Below are positions 20,201 through 31,965 of a stretch of 64,000 bases of DNA, piece by piece (position 1 is the stretch's first letter; each line of letters begins with the position of its first letter). Below the pieces are notes generated by a model that was given only the letters and a program-made list of their open reading frames with translations, was not told the DNA's origin and did not search any database. The translations under genes and the position numbers were made by a program. This DNA is from an uncultured bacterium (GTDB taxonomy: Bacteria > Actinomycetota > Coriobacteriia > Coriobacteriales > Coriobacteriaceae). The stretch lies in NCBI GenBank assembly GCA_905216145.1, contig CAJMST010000009.1, forward strand, positions 11,928-75,927, in the 5' to 3' direction.

Positions 20201-20896
20201 GCCCAGCGCATCGGTTAACTTGACGTTCGTGGCATACGACTCGACAGTGAGTTTAACGGTCCAGGTCACCTTGGCCACACCGTCTGAACCCTGAGAGTAA
20301 ACCCCCGTCTTCTCTCCCGTCACCTTGCCGTCCTTGGTGGGAATATCGATCGATCCCTTACCAGGAAACTCGACAGACACGTTGCTGCCGGATCCGGTAT
20401 CCTTATTTGAAAGATGAAACGAGAAGTTTGCCGCAACATGGATGTCCGCAGGGCTATTCGCAAGCCACGCCTTGTCAAACGTAAAGAAGACCTTATTGTC
20501 CTTGATCTTCCACGTGCCAGCCCTGGCAGAGGTAGCCTCCGGACCTTCCATAAGGTCGCCACCGTCGTTATCGTCAACGGCGATGGTATCGGGAAACTTA
20601 TAGACGGCGACGTTACTGCCAGTCGACGGCGCCTTACCAGTCCTGAAATACGCTGAGAAAGCTCCATAGAGCTTCGAAGTAGACGTTACGGCACCATTGA
20701 GCTCCTGAGTACGATACTCATCGGTATACAGCTTGACATCAACCGTCGCCGTATTCTCATCAATCACAATCGGCGTTGGTGTGCTCACATCCTCGGCGCG
20801 CACGGGGGCTGCGCCGTGAAACACTGCGGCGGTGAGGCTAATTAGAATGAAGATCAGGGCCGCCATACCCAGCGACCGTGAGCGGTGTGCGTCCAT
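17156..20896 (-). CDS. Large sortase-anchored adhesin (collagen-binding/MSCRAMM-like N-terminal region, CnaB repeats, C-terminal pilin isopeptide-type domain)
   Basis: 1246 aa. Signal peptide MAALIFILISLTAAVFHGAAPVRA. Cna-A-like segment (VKLTDALGENFEFVNDSFMLDGEKL). CnaB-type GAEFTLY...LYQLVETKAPVGYA. C-terminal GQFSFVLKD...YTYTISEV repeat. Sorting signal LPEAGG + hydrophobic + RRHRD. Visibly lower GC (hand counts 25/60 and 26/60). Confidence 0.8.
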   Translation of the reverse strand: MDAHRSRSLGMAALIFILISLTAAVFHGAAPVRAEDVSTPTPIVIDENTATVDVKLYTDEYRTQELNGAVTSTSKLYGAFSAYFRTGKAPSTGSNVAVYKFPDTIAVDDNDGGDLMEGPEATSARAGTWKIKDNKVFFTFDKAWLANSPADIHVAANFSFHLSNKDTGSGSNVSVEFPGKGSIDIPTKDGKVTGEKTGVYSQGSDGVAKVTWTVKLTVESYATNVKLTDALGENFEFVNDSFMLDGEKLNPQPKIDGQTVTLDSLGNLSRGDHTITYETVLKSGVSANNGDLIKADNTATWNWAGSTDGDNKTATAEPVTFGYDIIDKSNGSGTPSDIKWTVRLNQGKLKVDMSGYVFTDYLDGKQTYTGNYFTVYKGESEASGVEIGKGNLDPKENSFSYKFRDNLEDKYATYCIVYHTKMNDTSSYDTVRNSATIEREGSVSGTDAGSFTPQLTGVVPITKRLVRSDEAATTGRATWETRVALKAIVNAVHPGEVTVKDTFQSAWSQKLGVDENSITIKIGDTVLERGTDWNPTASFPGNETKENYDLSISINDKVKAALEKEDYAVITYDTTSEALSGWYSNFASVSAPGLKLQWPFTEPVKYVVNQETTPAIEKPEAESKVSWVENFDWHTVDGSDEKGAWIVDWTVYANRQKGKEGANGEFEYYGAGKLGGALLSIADTLPDGMSFVSGSAKYTLVQNPYEQHTGLGRGGEAKEVVTGQALAAGNVSSSGNTVTFSIPTTDLGDYAGYAKLTYQTAVKRGELDTSTNEVKFTNSASAESGGKKFESGSGTVKNNVIKKTGEQISNSNRIKYTILVNESAVDLKSGTDVLELVDTMDAKCTLVPSTLKVYEWVNGAWSPLADEDYPSKMEQVKDESGSRAKLTLNVPDKKYLKVEYEVIPTGNPNDKVSLSNTAELTGVTEGTAIDEQIWTIQNASASAGGNGYGITMTKYDAQQVGATLKGAEFTLYSVDMGQVADDGNVENARTPFDEAAIDVPTDANGKISFGTSDKKMSNCVLYQLVETKAPVGYAKADPTWIMLKGGASDADYQAALTKAKDIVDGAEIIDDTKKDEIWVYDNRMTGKVVINAKKVLEGGTFKEGQFSFVLKDGDDRVLQTVTNDAMGNVSFNVDYNKADTYTYTISEVVPEGAENNVKDHIAYDTTKHEVKVVVTNGEGKLNTEVTYDNGSTTPPTFTNKYSTTLPEAGGAGLTMTYLAGASMLCFAATWMHARRHRDLDRGGRRE

Positions 20897-21229
20897 AGTT
20901 GTCCCTTAATTCCTACAACACAGTGTGGAATACGGCGAATCGTCGGATCGAACACAAGCCCCAACATCAACGAGAACCTACCTAGCGCATTGCAAGAACC
21001 CATTGGGGAGCACCTTCTAAGACGGTTCGTCTATGCCACAATGCATAAAATATAATATAGATACCAGTCATGTAAACCGCAGGTCAAGAGGTCTTTTAAT
21101 TTAATACCAGTTGATATTTACCTGTTAACAGTTTTGTATCATACCGGCTATATTCGGTGGAATAATGTATATGTTTAAACAACCTTACTTTGGCTGGAAA
21201 GCCGATCGGGGGGATAGTCGCCCCAGCTG

Positions 21230-21262
21230 TGGTGCAAACTAACCCGTCCCCCTTGCACCAAA
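21230..21262. repeat. Palindromic element, right flank of the adhesin locus (inverted copy of 15336..15368)
   Basis: TGGTGCAAACTAACCCGTCCCCCTTGCACCAA. Its reverse complement aligns to the left copy, loop included (GGGGACGGGTTAG vs GGGTCAGGTTA). Confidence 0.75.
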
Positions 21263-21292
21263 AAGGGCGCCGACCATCGCGGTCGACGCCCT
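21260..21292 (-). terminator. Intrinsic terminator after typA
   Basis: On the minus strand: AGGGCGTCGACC-GCGAT-GGTCGGCGCCCT followed by TTTTT. Confidence 0.75.
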
Positions 21293-21321
21293 TTCTTGTT
21301 AGTCGCTATAAAGCCCAGTGC

Positions 21322-23160
<1,839 letters not shown>

Positions 23161-23277
23161 GTAGTTCCCCTATCTTCTATCCATATACAAACGGCACGCG
23201 TATGCGGCCCGCCCAGCGATACAACGCTCAGCGGGAATATTGAGCCTTTTACCGAAAACTCGTTTATTTTAGCGATT

Positions 23278-23727
23278 TTAGATAAGAGGGGTTTCCTCAC
23301 CTGCAGGTTCAGGGTCGCTCCACATAAAACCATCGCCGGCGCCCATGCCCTCATACAGCACATATGCCGAAAAACCACTCTCGAGCGTGGTTTCGAAGAA
23401 GCTCACGAGCAGAGCATCGTGATAGCCGCCGTCAATCTCGACGCAGCCAGTATAGCCGATGGCATAGCGGGCGATACGGCCCAGGCCCTCGTCCTTAAGA
23501 CCCATCTTGTGCTCGGAGATAAAGTTGGTGGCCGCCTCCAGGCACGCCTCCTCGCCGTCCTCGTCGAGTGCCGCCAGATAACGGTTGGAAGCAGCGTCCT
23601 CGATCGCCACAACTACGCCCGGATTCTCGCCGGCGGCAAGGTCGTCCAAGAACGCACCAATCAGGTCACACACCATGGCGTCGAGCTCGGCGGAGACGTT
23701 ACCGGCGTCCTGCATATCCTGTGCCAT
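23278..23727 (-). CDS. Hypothetical acidic cytoplasmic protein
   Basis: 149-aa ORF, co-oriented and closely spaced with the two upstream genes. No motif recognised. Confidence 0.5.
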   Translation of the reverse strand: MAQDMQDAGNVSAELDAMVCDLIGAFLDDLAAGENPGVVVAIEDAASNRYLAALDEDGEEACLEAATNFISEHKMGLKDEGLGRIARYAIGYTGCVEIDGGYHDALLVSFFETTLESGFSAYVLYEGMGAGDGFMWSDPEPAGEETPLI

Positions 23728-23757
23728 CTTTAGACCTTCCCATCGAATCCGGCGTCG

Positions 23758-24147
23758 TTACAGTTCTTGTGCCTCGGCAGCGATCTTGGCGGCAGCGTCG
23801 CGGGCGCGCATCATATCCATCGCGCGCTTATCGAGCACCTTGATCTGACTGGTCAGCATTACCGCATCGACCACGCCCCAGATCACCAGGCCCGTAGAGA
23901 TCGAAAACCCAAGCGCACCAACTGTACCACGAAGGCGCGAGCAGATTGCCGCGACAAGGGCGGAGATGACAACCATCTTGATAAACGAGCAGCGGCGTTC
24001 GCGAAGCGTGCGGGCCTGCGTCACATAGGCAATGCGAGCCGCCTCAGAAGCCTCCGAGCGCATCTGGGCCTCGCGGGCGATCGCAGCCGCCTCGGCCGAC
24101 ATACCGCCGGCCATCAGCGAACGCTCCGCATCCTGGCCGCCCCGCAT
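23758..24147 (-). CDS. Hypothetical small membrane protein
   Basis: 129 aa with two hydrophobic helices (MVVISALVAAICS..., FSISTGLVIWGVVDAVML). Its ATG directly abuts the stop of the upstream gene (TAAATG). Confidence 0.5.
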   Translation of the reverse strand: MRGGQDAERSLMAGGMSAEAAAIAREAQMRSEASEAARIAYVTQARTLRERRCSFIKMVVISALVAAICSRLRGTVGALGFSISTGLVIWGVVDAVMLTSQIKVLDKRAMDMMRARDAAAKIAAEAQEL

Positions 24148-24648
24148 TTAGAAGTCATCGGGGGAGAGCGTATGGACGAACTCGTCGAACTTCTCGAACT
24201 CCTGCTCGTCGTCAACTTCCTCGGCATGGGCAGAAACGGTGCCCAGGCGATTCATGATGTCATCCTCCACAAACATGGGGGCATTGCTGCGCACGGCAAG
24301 GGCAATGGCATCACTGGGACGGGCGTCGATCTTGCGCTCGTCACCATCGGCCAGTACGACGATCGTCGCGTAGAACACCGGCGGCTCGGCGCGAACGATC
24401 TCGATGCGCTCGAGTTTGGCGCCCAGGGCGTCAACGGTATCGAGCAGCAGGTCATGGGTAATCGGGCGCTCGGCGCGGCCGCTATCGATGCCGCGGCTGA
24501 TGGCAGCAGCTTCAAACGAACCAGTCTGAATGGAAAGGGAACGCAGTGGCGCGGGCGAGTCCGACTTGCCGCAGCGCTCGCGAAGCACGATAAGCGATGG
24601 CACGGGACCGGCGGCCATGACGATGGTCTCTATGTCGACACGAACCAT
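24148..24648 (-). CDS. Bifunctional nuclease (BFN/DUF151) domain protein
   Basis: MVRVDIETIVMAAGPVPSLIVLRE..., RPITHDLL and ARPSDAIALAVR motifs as I recall them for the family. Start set to the ATG at 24648 (GGAGGTG 4-5 nt upstream), not the longest ORF. Confidence 0.7.
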   Translation of the reverse strand: MVRVDIETIVMAAGPVPSLIVLRERCGKSDSPAPLRSLSIQTGSFEAAAISRGIDSGRAERPITHDLLLDTVDALGAKLERIEIVRAEPPVFYATIVVLADGDERKIDARPSDAIALAVRSNAPMFVEDDIMNRLGTVSAHAEEVDDEQEFEKFDEFVHTLSPDDF

Positions 24649-24807
24649 GGAACACCTCCGGTACGTAGCGGTTAACACACGGCAGGGTCGCCGCATTGAA
24701 TAGCTATACTACCCAATCTTTCGCACAGCACACAAAACCAAAATGAGATTTATCACAGACAAGAAAAAAGCCCCGAGGCAACGCCCCAGGGCTCTTCACA
24801 GTTTTGA

Positions 24808-24884
24808 TGGTGGACCTGACAAGATTCGAACTTGTGACCTCCCGGTTATCAGCCGGACGCTCTAACCAACTGAGCTACAGGTCC
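24808..24884 (-). tRNA. tRNA-Ile (anticodon GAT), copy 2
   Basis: Reverse complement GGACCTGTAGCTCAGTTGGTTAGAGCGTCCGGCTGATAACCGGGAGGTCACAAGTTCGAATCTTGTCAGGTCCACCA folds as a cloverleaf. Identical to 25032..25108. Confidence 0.92.
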
Positions 24885-24888
24885 ATCA

Positions 24889-24964
24889 TGGTGGAGGTTA
24901 GGGGGATCGAACCCCTGACCTCAGGCTTGCAAAGCCCGCGCTCTCCCAGCTGAGCTAAACCCCC
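24889..24964 (-). tRNA. tRNA-Ala (anticodon TGC)
   Basis: Reverse complement GGGGGTTTAGCTCAGCTGGGAGAGCGCGGGCTTTGCAAGCCTGAGGTCAGGGGTTCGATCCCCCTAACCTCCACCA. The G3:U70 alanine identity pair is present. Confidence 0.92.
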
Positions 24965-25031
24965 ACGGAGACAGTAATAAACACCCCAGCGGCGACTCGG
25001 CTCTCGCTGGGGTGTTTATTGCGAAAGAAAG

Positions 25032-25108
25032 TGGTGGACCTGACAAGATTCGAACTTGTGACCTCCCGGTTATCAGCCGGACGCTCTAACCAACTGAGCT
25101 ACAGGTCC
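25032..25108 (-). tRNA. tRNA-Ile (anticodon GAT), copy 1
   Basis: 77/77 identical to 24808..24884. Confidence 0.92.
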
Positions 25109-25122
25109 ATCGCGCAAGGGAT

Positions 25123-25152
25123 ATATTAGACGAGTCGTTACGCGCGCGTCAA
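25123..25152 (-). promoter_or_regulatory. Candidate promoter of the tRNA Ile-Ala-Ile cluster
   Basis: On the minus strand: TTGACG (25152..25147), 18-nt spacer, TAATAT (25128..25123), preceded by an A-rich UP-like tract. It lies 15 nt upstream of the first tRNA. Confidence 0.5.
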
Positions 25153-25179
25153 CAACTTTTTTTGAAAATCTTTGGAGGG

Positions 25180-25317
25180 GTTCGCCCCGGCCGCCCGGCG
25201 GCATATGAAGTCGCCTGCTCGGACAGTCCTGACTCGCACGGAGAGCACATTAAGTGCTCTCCGGCTCGTGCGGAACTCGCGATCGACTTCATATGCCGCC
25301 GGGCGGCCGGGGCGAAC
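25180..25317. repeat. Large palindrome: perfect 34-bp arms (25180..25213 / 25284..25317) around a 70-nt structured spacer
   Basis: GTTCGCCCCGGCCGCCCGGCGGCATATGAAGTCG and its exact reverse complement. The spacer holds a second hairpin (GGAGAGCAC-ATTAA-GTGCTCTCC). Flanking TTTTTTGAAAA / TTTTCAAAAAA are also inverted. Confidence 0.9.
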
Positions 25318-25330
25318 GCGGGTCCCTAGG

Positions 25331-25369
25331 TTTTCAAAAAAGCGGTCGGCGCGCAGGTGCGCCGACCGC
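25331..25369 (-). terminator. Intrinsic terminator after gyrA
   Basis: GCGGTCGGCGC-ACCTGC-GCGCCGACCGC followed by TTTTTTGAAAA on the minus strand. Confidence 0.8.
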
Positions 25370-25409
25370 CGATATATGGGGTCTGATAATTTTTACCAGC
25401 TAGGGCCTC

Positions 25410-28151
25410 TTACTCGTCTAGGAGATCTTCTGGCATGTCGTTGCCGTCGCCTAGATCGACAGGGGTTTCTTCGGGGGCAGAGCCGTTTTCCGTGGCTTCA
25501 CCTTCGGGCTTCTCTTTGGCGGCTGTCATGCGGGCCACGGCGCATATGCGGTCGTTGTCGTCGACGGTCATCATCTTGACGCCCTGGGTGGCACGGCCGG
25601 TCTGACTGATCTCGTCGGTCTTGACGCGAATGACCGTCGCGCCCTCCGTCACGATGAATAGCTCGTGCTGCGGGCCCACCGTCTTCATGGCCGCGAGGTT
25701 ACCCTTACGCTCGGTCATTTGGATGGTGTAGACGCCCTGGCCGCCGCGATTCTGCTCCGGGTAGTCCGCGACCGGTGTGCGCTTGCCGTAGCCGCGCTCG
25801 GTGATGACAAACAGATCGCCGTTGCCGTTAGTGACTTCCATGCCCAGAACGCTCACGCCGTCCTTCATGCCGATACCGCGAACGCCGCTGGTATCGCGGC
25901 CGGTAGCGCGCACCTGCTCCTCGGAGAACATGATTGCCTTGCCCGCGGTGGTGGCCAGGATAATCTTGTCGCCCTCGCGTACGCGGCGCACGTTCAGCAG
26001 CGCGTCGTCGTCACGCAGGTTGATAGCGATCAGGCCGTCGCGACGGCTGCGGTCATATGCGCTCATCACGGTCTTCTTGACCATGCCGCTCTTGGTGGCA
26101 AACATCAGGTACTCGTCGGCCGGGAACTCGCGGCAGCTGATGACGCTTGCGATCTTCTCGCCCTCCTCGAAAGGCAGCAGGTTGACGATCGCGGTACCGC
26201 GGGCCTGGCGCGTACCCACCGGCAGCTCGTGCACCTTCAGGCGATAGACCTTGCCCTTGCTCGAGAAGAACAGCACGTACTCGTGCGTTGACGCGATGAA
26301 CATCTCGTCGATGACATCGTCCTCTTTGAGGTTGACGCCCGACACGCCCTTGCCACCGCGCTTCTGGGCACGATAGGCGGCCACCGGAATGCGCTTGACA
26401 TAGCCGGTGTGGGTGATGGTCACGACCATATCCTCGTCGGCGATGAGGTCCTCGACATCCAGGTCCTTCTCGACATGGCTGATCTCGGTGCGGCGCTTGT
26501 CGCCAAACTTCTTGGAGATCTCGCGCATCTCTTCCTTGATGACGCCCAGGATCTTCTCCTCGTGCGCCAGCAGGTCCTCGTAGTAGGCGATGGCGCGGCG
26601 CAGGCCGTCCAGCTCTTCCTGAATTTTGTCGCGCTCCAGGCCGGTCAGGCGGCGCAGCTTCATCTCGAGGATGGCCGTGGTCTGCTCGGGCGTAAAGCCA
26701 AAGCGCTCGATCAAGCGGCTGCTGGCCTCGGAGTCGGTCTGCGAGGAGCGGATGATGCTAATGACCTCGTCGATATGGTCGAGAGCCATCAAGTAGCCCT
26801 CAAGGATATGCGCGCGGGCCTGGGCCTTCTTAAGGTCGAAGCGGGTGCGGCGAGTGACGACGTCGACCTGGTGGTCGATGTAGTGCTGCAGCATCTCGCG
26901 CAGGCTCAGGCATTTGGGAACGCCGTTGACGAGCGCCAGGTTGTTGGCGCCGAAGGTCGTCTGCAGCGAGGTGTACTTATACAGATTGTTGAGCACGACC
27001 TGCGGAATGACGCCCTTCTTGAGCTCGATGACCAGACGGATGCCCTTCTGGTTGGACTCATCGCGCATATCCGAGATGCCCTCGATGCGTTTATCGTTGA
27101 CGAGCTGGGCGATCTTCTCCTGCAGGGTGCCCTTGTTGACCATGTAGGGAATCTCGGTAAAGACCAGGCGGCTGCGGCCGGTCTTGGTGGACTCCACATG
27201 TGCCTTGGCACGCACGGTAATGGAGCCGCGGCCGGTCTCGTAGCTCTGCTTAATGCCGGCGCTGCCCATGATGATGGCGCCGGTGGGGAAGTCCGGACCG
27301 GGCATGATCTGCATGAGCTCGTCGACGGTGGCGTCGGGGTTGTCGATCAGGTAGCAGGTGGCCTCGATCGCCTCGGTGAGGTTATGCGGGGCGATGTTGG
27401 TGGCCATGCCGACGGCGATGCCCTGGCTGCCGTTGACCAGCAGGTTGGGGAAGCGCGCAGGCAGCGCCACGGGTTCGGCGAGCGATTCGTCGTAGTTGGG
27501 CTGCCAGTCGACGGTATCCTTCTGCAAGTCACGCAGCAGTTCCATGGCGGGCTTGGCCAGGCGGCTCTCGGTGTAACGCATGGCTGCCGCGCCGTCGCCG
27601 TCGATGTTGCCGAAGTTGCCGTGACCGTCGATGAGCGGCGTGCGCATGGAGAACCACTGCGCCAGGCGGACCATGGCCTCGTAGACCGCGAAGTCGCCAT
27701 GCGGGTGGTACTTACCGATAACTTCGCCGACCGTCCAGGCCGACTTCTTGTGCGGGCGGTTGGGGTAGATGCCGCTCTCGTTCATCGCGTACAGGATGCG
27801 GCGATGCACCGGCTTTAAGCCGTCGCGCACGTCCGGCAGGGCGCGCGCCGTGATAACCGACATCGAATACTCGATGAACGACTGCTTCATCTCGCGACCG
27901 AACTCCGAAATCTGGAGCTGGCCGCCGTTGATATCCTCGCCGGCCGAGGCGCCACGGTCGACTTCGCCAAAACTCTCCTCGAGCTCGCCGTCGTCATCCT
28001 CTTCCTCGTCATCATCGACATCGGGGTTATAGGCGTCCGGGTCGCCGTCCTCGCCCTGCTCAGCACGGGCAAGCAGGCGCTTCAGATCGTCGGGCATGCC
28101 GGCATCGCCGGCCTCGTCCATACCCCCGTTATTATTGATATCGTCTGCCAC
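25410..28151 (-). CDS. gyrA: DNA gyrase subunit A, with an unusual acidic N-terminal extension and an acidic C-terminal tail
   Basis: [33 protein letters not shown] and the active-site AAMRYTE motif. C-terminal beta-pinwheel repeats. 913 aa. Confidence 0.95.
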   Translation of the reverse strand: MADDINNNGGMDEAGDAGMPDDLKRLLARAEQGEDGDPDAYNPDVDDDEEEDDDGELEESFGEVDRGASAGEDINGGQLQISEFGREMKQSFIEYSMSVITARALPDVRDGLKPVHRRILYAMNESGIYPNRPHKKSAWTVGEVIGKYHPHGDFAVYEAMVRLAQWFSMRTPLIDGHGNFGNIDGDGAAAMRYTESRLAKPAMELLRDLQKDTVDWQPNYDESLAEPVALPARFPNLLVNGSQGIAVGMATNIAPHNLTEAIEATCYLIDNPDATVDELMQIMPGPDFPTGAIIMGSAGIKQSYETGRGSITVRAKAHVESTKTGRSRLVFTEIPYMVNKGTLQEKIAQLVNDKRIEGISDMRDESNQKGIRLVIELKKGVIPQVVLNNLYKYTSLQTTFGANNLALVNGVPKCLSLREMLQHYIDHQVDVVTRRTRFDLKKAQARAHILEGYLMALDHIDEVISIIRSSQTDSEASSRLIERFGFTPEQTTAILEMKLRRLTGLERDKIQEELDGLRRAIAYYEDLLAHEEKILGVIKEEMREISKKFGDKRRTEISHVEKDLDVEDLIADEDMVVTITHTGYVKRIPVAAYRAQKRGGKGVSGVNLKEDDVIDEMFIASTHEYVLFFSSKGKVYRLKVHELPVGTRQARGTAIVNLLPFEEGEKIASVISCREFPADEYLMFATKSGMVKKTVMSAYDRSRRDGLIAINLRDDDALLNVRRVREGDKIILATTAGKAIMFSEEQVRATGRDTSGVRGIGMKDGVSVLGMEVTNGNGDLFVITERGYGKRTPVADYPEQNRGGQGVYTIQMTERKGNLAAMKTVGPQHELFIVTEGATVIRVKTDEISQTGRATQGVKMMTVDDNDRICAVARMTAAKEKPEGEATENGSAPEETPVDLGDGNDMPEDLLDE

Positions 28152-28162
28152 GTTACCTCCTC

Positions 28163-30235
<2,073 letters not shown>

Positions 30236-30242
30236 TTATCGT

Positions 30243-30271
30243 AAAAAAATACCCTCGGGAACGAGGGTATT
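30243..30271 (-). terminator. Intrinsic terminator between the DUF721 gene and gyrB
   Basis: AATACCCTCG-TTCC-CGAGGGTATT followed by TTTTTTT on the minus strand. Confidence 0.7.
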
Positions 30272-30298
30272 TGGCTCTACAAGGCCACCAGATGCGAT

Positions 30299-30862
30299 TT
30301 AAGGCTCTTTTTTGCTTTCTACGCCCTTGGCCCACTCGGCACTGGCTCTCATGGCATTCTCGAGGGCCTCGCGCAGTTTTTGGTCTTCGATGGGCGCCAC
30401 TTGGCGCTCAATCTCGGTGCGCTCGGCATCGCTGAGGTCGGCGTGCGGGGCCGGCGGGCGCTCGGTCGTCGCCGGGCGCAGGCGCTGCTTGGCGGCGGGC
30501 GGCGTGTGACCGGGCGCGGTGGTTTTGAACACCAGGCCGTCCACATGCGCACCGGCGCGCTCCATGCGCGCGCGGATGATCTCGCGCAACAGCGTCATTT
30601 CCTGCGTCCACGAGGGCGAGTCGAGATACACCAGCAGCTCATTGGACTCGGGCAGGTAGCGCAGGCCCGTCACATGCCGCCCCTCGCGCGTGCCCGAGCA
30701 CACCGCGTTCCACGCGCGATAGACCGCGCGCGACTCCTCGGCAGCCTCCATCTGCGCGCGGCGCTCAGGTGTCGCGGCCGTCAGGATGCGCTGGCGCTCT
30801 GCGTTCAAAAACCCACTGAAGGCGACCGTTTCGCTCTCGCGCTCGTAATTAGCACGTCTCAC
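30299..30862 (-). CDS. DUF721 (DciA-like) protein
   Basis: Occupies the conserved actinobacterial slot between recF and gyrB. The core (VYRAWNAVCSGTREGRHVTGLRYLPESNELLVYLDSPSWTQEMTLLREIIRARM) fits my recollection of DUF721. Its start overlaps the recF stop by 14 nt. Confidence 0.7.
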   Translation of the reverse strand: MRRANYERESETVAFSGFLNAERQRILTAATPERRAQMEAAEESRAVYRAWNAVCSGTREGRHVTGLRYLPESNELLVYLDSPSWTQEMTLLREIIRARMERAGAHVDGLVFKTTAPGHTPPAAKQRLRPATTERPPAPHADLSDAERTEIERQVAPIEDQKLREALENAMRASAEWAKGVESKKEP

Positions 30863-31955
30863 CCATGCTCACCACCTTGGCTCGATCAAGCAGGTCATCG
30901 GTAAAATACCCCAGGTTGGTCGTGGTTATGACCGTCTGGATATCATCGCCGATCAACCGCAGAAAAGCACCGCGGCGCTCGCCGTCGAGTTCGCTCATCA
31001 CGTCGTCCAAAAGCAGCAGTGGGGCGGTGCCCAGGACATCGCGAGCCACGGCCACCTCCGCCACCTTCCAGGCCAGCACCAACGTTCGCTGCTGACCTTG
31101 GCTGGCAAACGAGCGGGCGGAACGACCCGCCACGGTAAACTCAATCTCATCGCGATGCGGTCCCACCAACGTCACGCCGCGGCGAATTTCCTCGTCGGCG
31201 TGCTCATCAAGGGCAGCCAGCATACGCTCGTACGCCCAGCCCTTCAGCTCTTCGCGATCCTCGACCTGGGGCAAATCCCCCAGCGTGGACGTATAGGTCA
31301 CGTTGGCGGCCTCACCGGACGCCACTTGCCCGTAGGCAGTGTGCACATGGCCCGCCAGCCGGTCGAGCAGGGCCAACCGGTGCACGAGCAGGGCCGAGCC
31401 CGCGCGGGCAATCGAATCGTTCCACGCGCCGAGCACCTCGCGGCAGCACCAGGTCTCTTTGAGCAGGGCGTTACGCTGGGTCACGCAGCGCCCATAGGTG
31501 CTCGCAAGATCGGCATAGCGTGCGCTCAGTTGCATGCCAAAGTCATCGAGGGCGGCACGGCGCACACTGGCTCCTCGCTTAACCATGTCCAGATGGTCGG
31601 GGCAAAACAGCACGCTCGGCAGAACCCCGCGCACACCGGCGGCAGAACATCTCTTGCCGTTGCGGCTAAACGAGCGCTTACCGTCCTCCGCGCTCAACCC
31701 CATATCAAGCACGCGGCCGTCGCCCTCGAGCCTCAGCTCGACCTTGCACGAGCCCACGCCGTCATGGACGAGCTCGGCTGCGGTCGGATGCCTAAACGAG
31801 GCGCCGCTCGTCAGCAGCTGCAGCGCCTCTATGAGATTGGTCTTTCCCGCCGCGTTGGGTCCCGCAAGTATCGTCACGCCCTCGTCTAGGGCAAGGCGAT
31901 AGCTATCGAAGCTGCGGTAGTGCGCGACGGAAAGATCGCGGGCGAACATGGTCAT
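30849..31955 (-). CDS. recF: DNA replication and repair protein RecF
   Basis: MTMFARDLSVAHYRSFDSYRL..., Walker A GPNAAGKTNLIEAL, Walker B LLLLDDVMSELD. Start set to the ATG at 31955, 10 nt after the dnaN stop. The track ORF (to 32300) runs into dnaN in another frame. Confidence 0.9.
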   Translation of the reverse strand: MTMFARDLSVAHYRSFDSYRLALDEGVTILAGPNAAGKTNLIEALQLLTSGASFRHPTAAELVHDGVGSCKVELRLEGDGRVLDMGLSAEDGKRSFSRNGKRCSAAGVRGVLPSVLFCPDHLDMVKRGASVRRAALDDFGMQLSARYADLASTYGRCVTQRNALLKETWCCREVLGAWNDSIARAGSALLVHRLALLDRLAGHVHTAYGQVASGEAANVTYTSTLGDLPQVEDREELKGWAYERMLAALDEHADEEIRRGVTLVGPHRDEIEFTVAGRSARSFASQGQQRTLVLAWKVAEVAVARDVLGTAPLLLLDDVMSELDGERRGAFLRLIGDDIQTVITTTNLGYFTDDLLDRAKVVSMGETC

Positions 31956-31965
31956 AGGGCGGTTG

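Noticed and set aside
24700-25400. rRNA genes expected next to tRNA-Ile/Ala
   Set aside because: No 16S, 23S or 5S-like sequence is visible. The flanks are the gyrA terminator and a protein-coding operon.
25172-25579. 135-aa plus-strand ORF
   Set aside because: It reads straight through the 34-bp-arm palindrome and the gyrA terminator into the antisense of gyrA, so it is an artefact.
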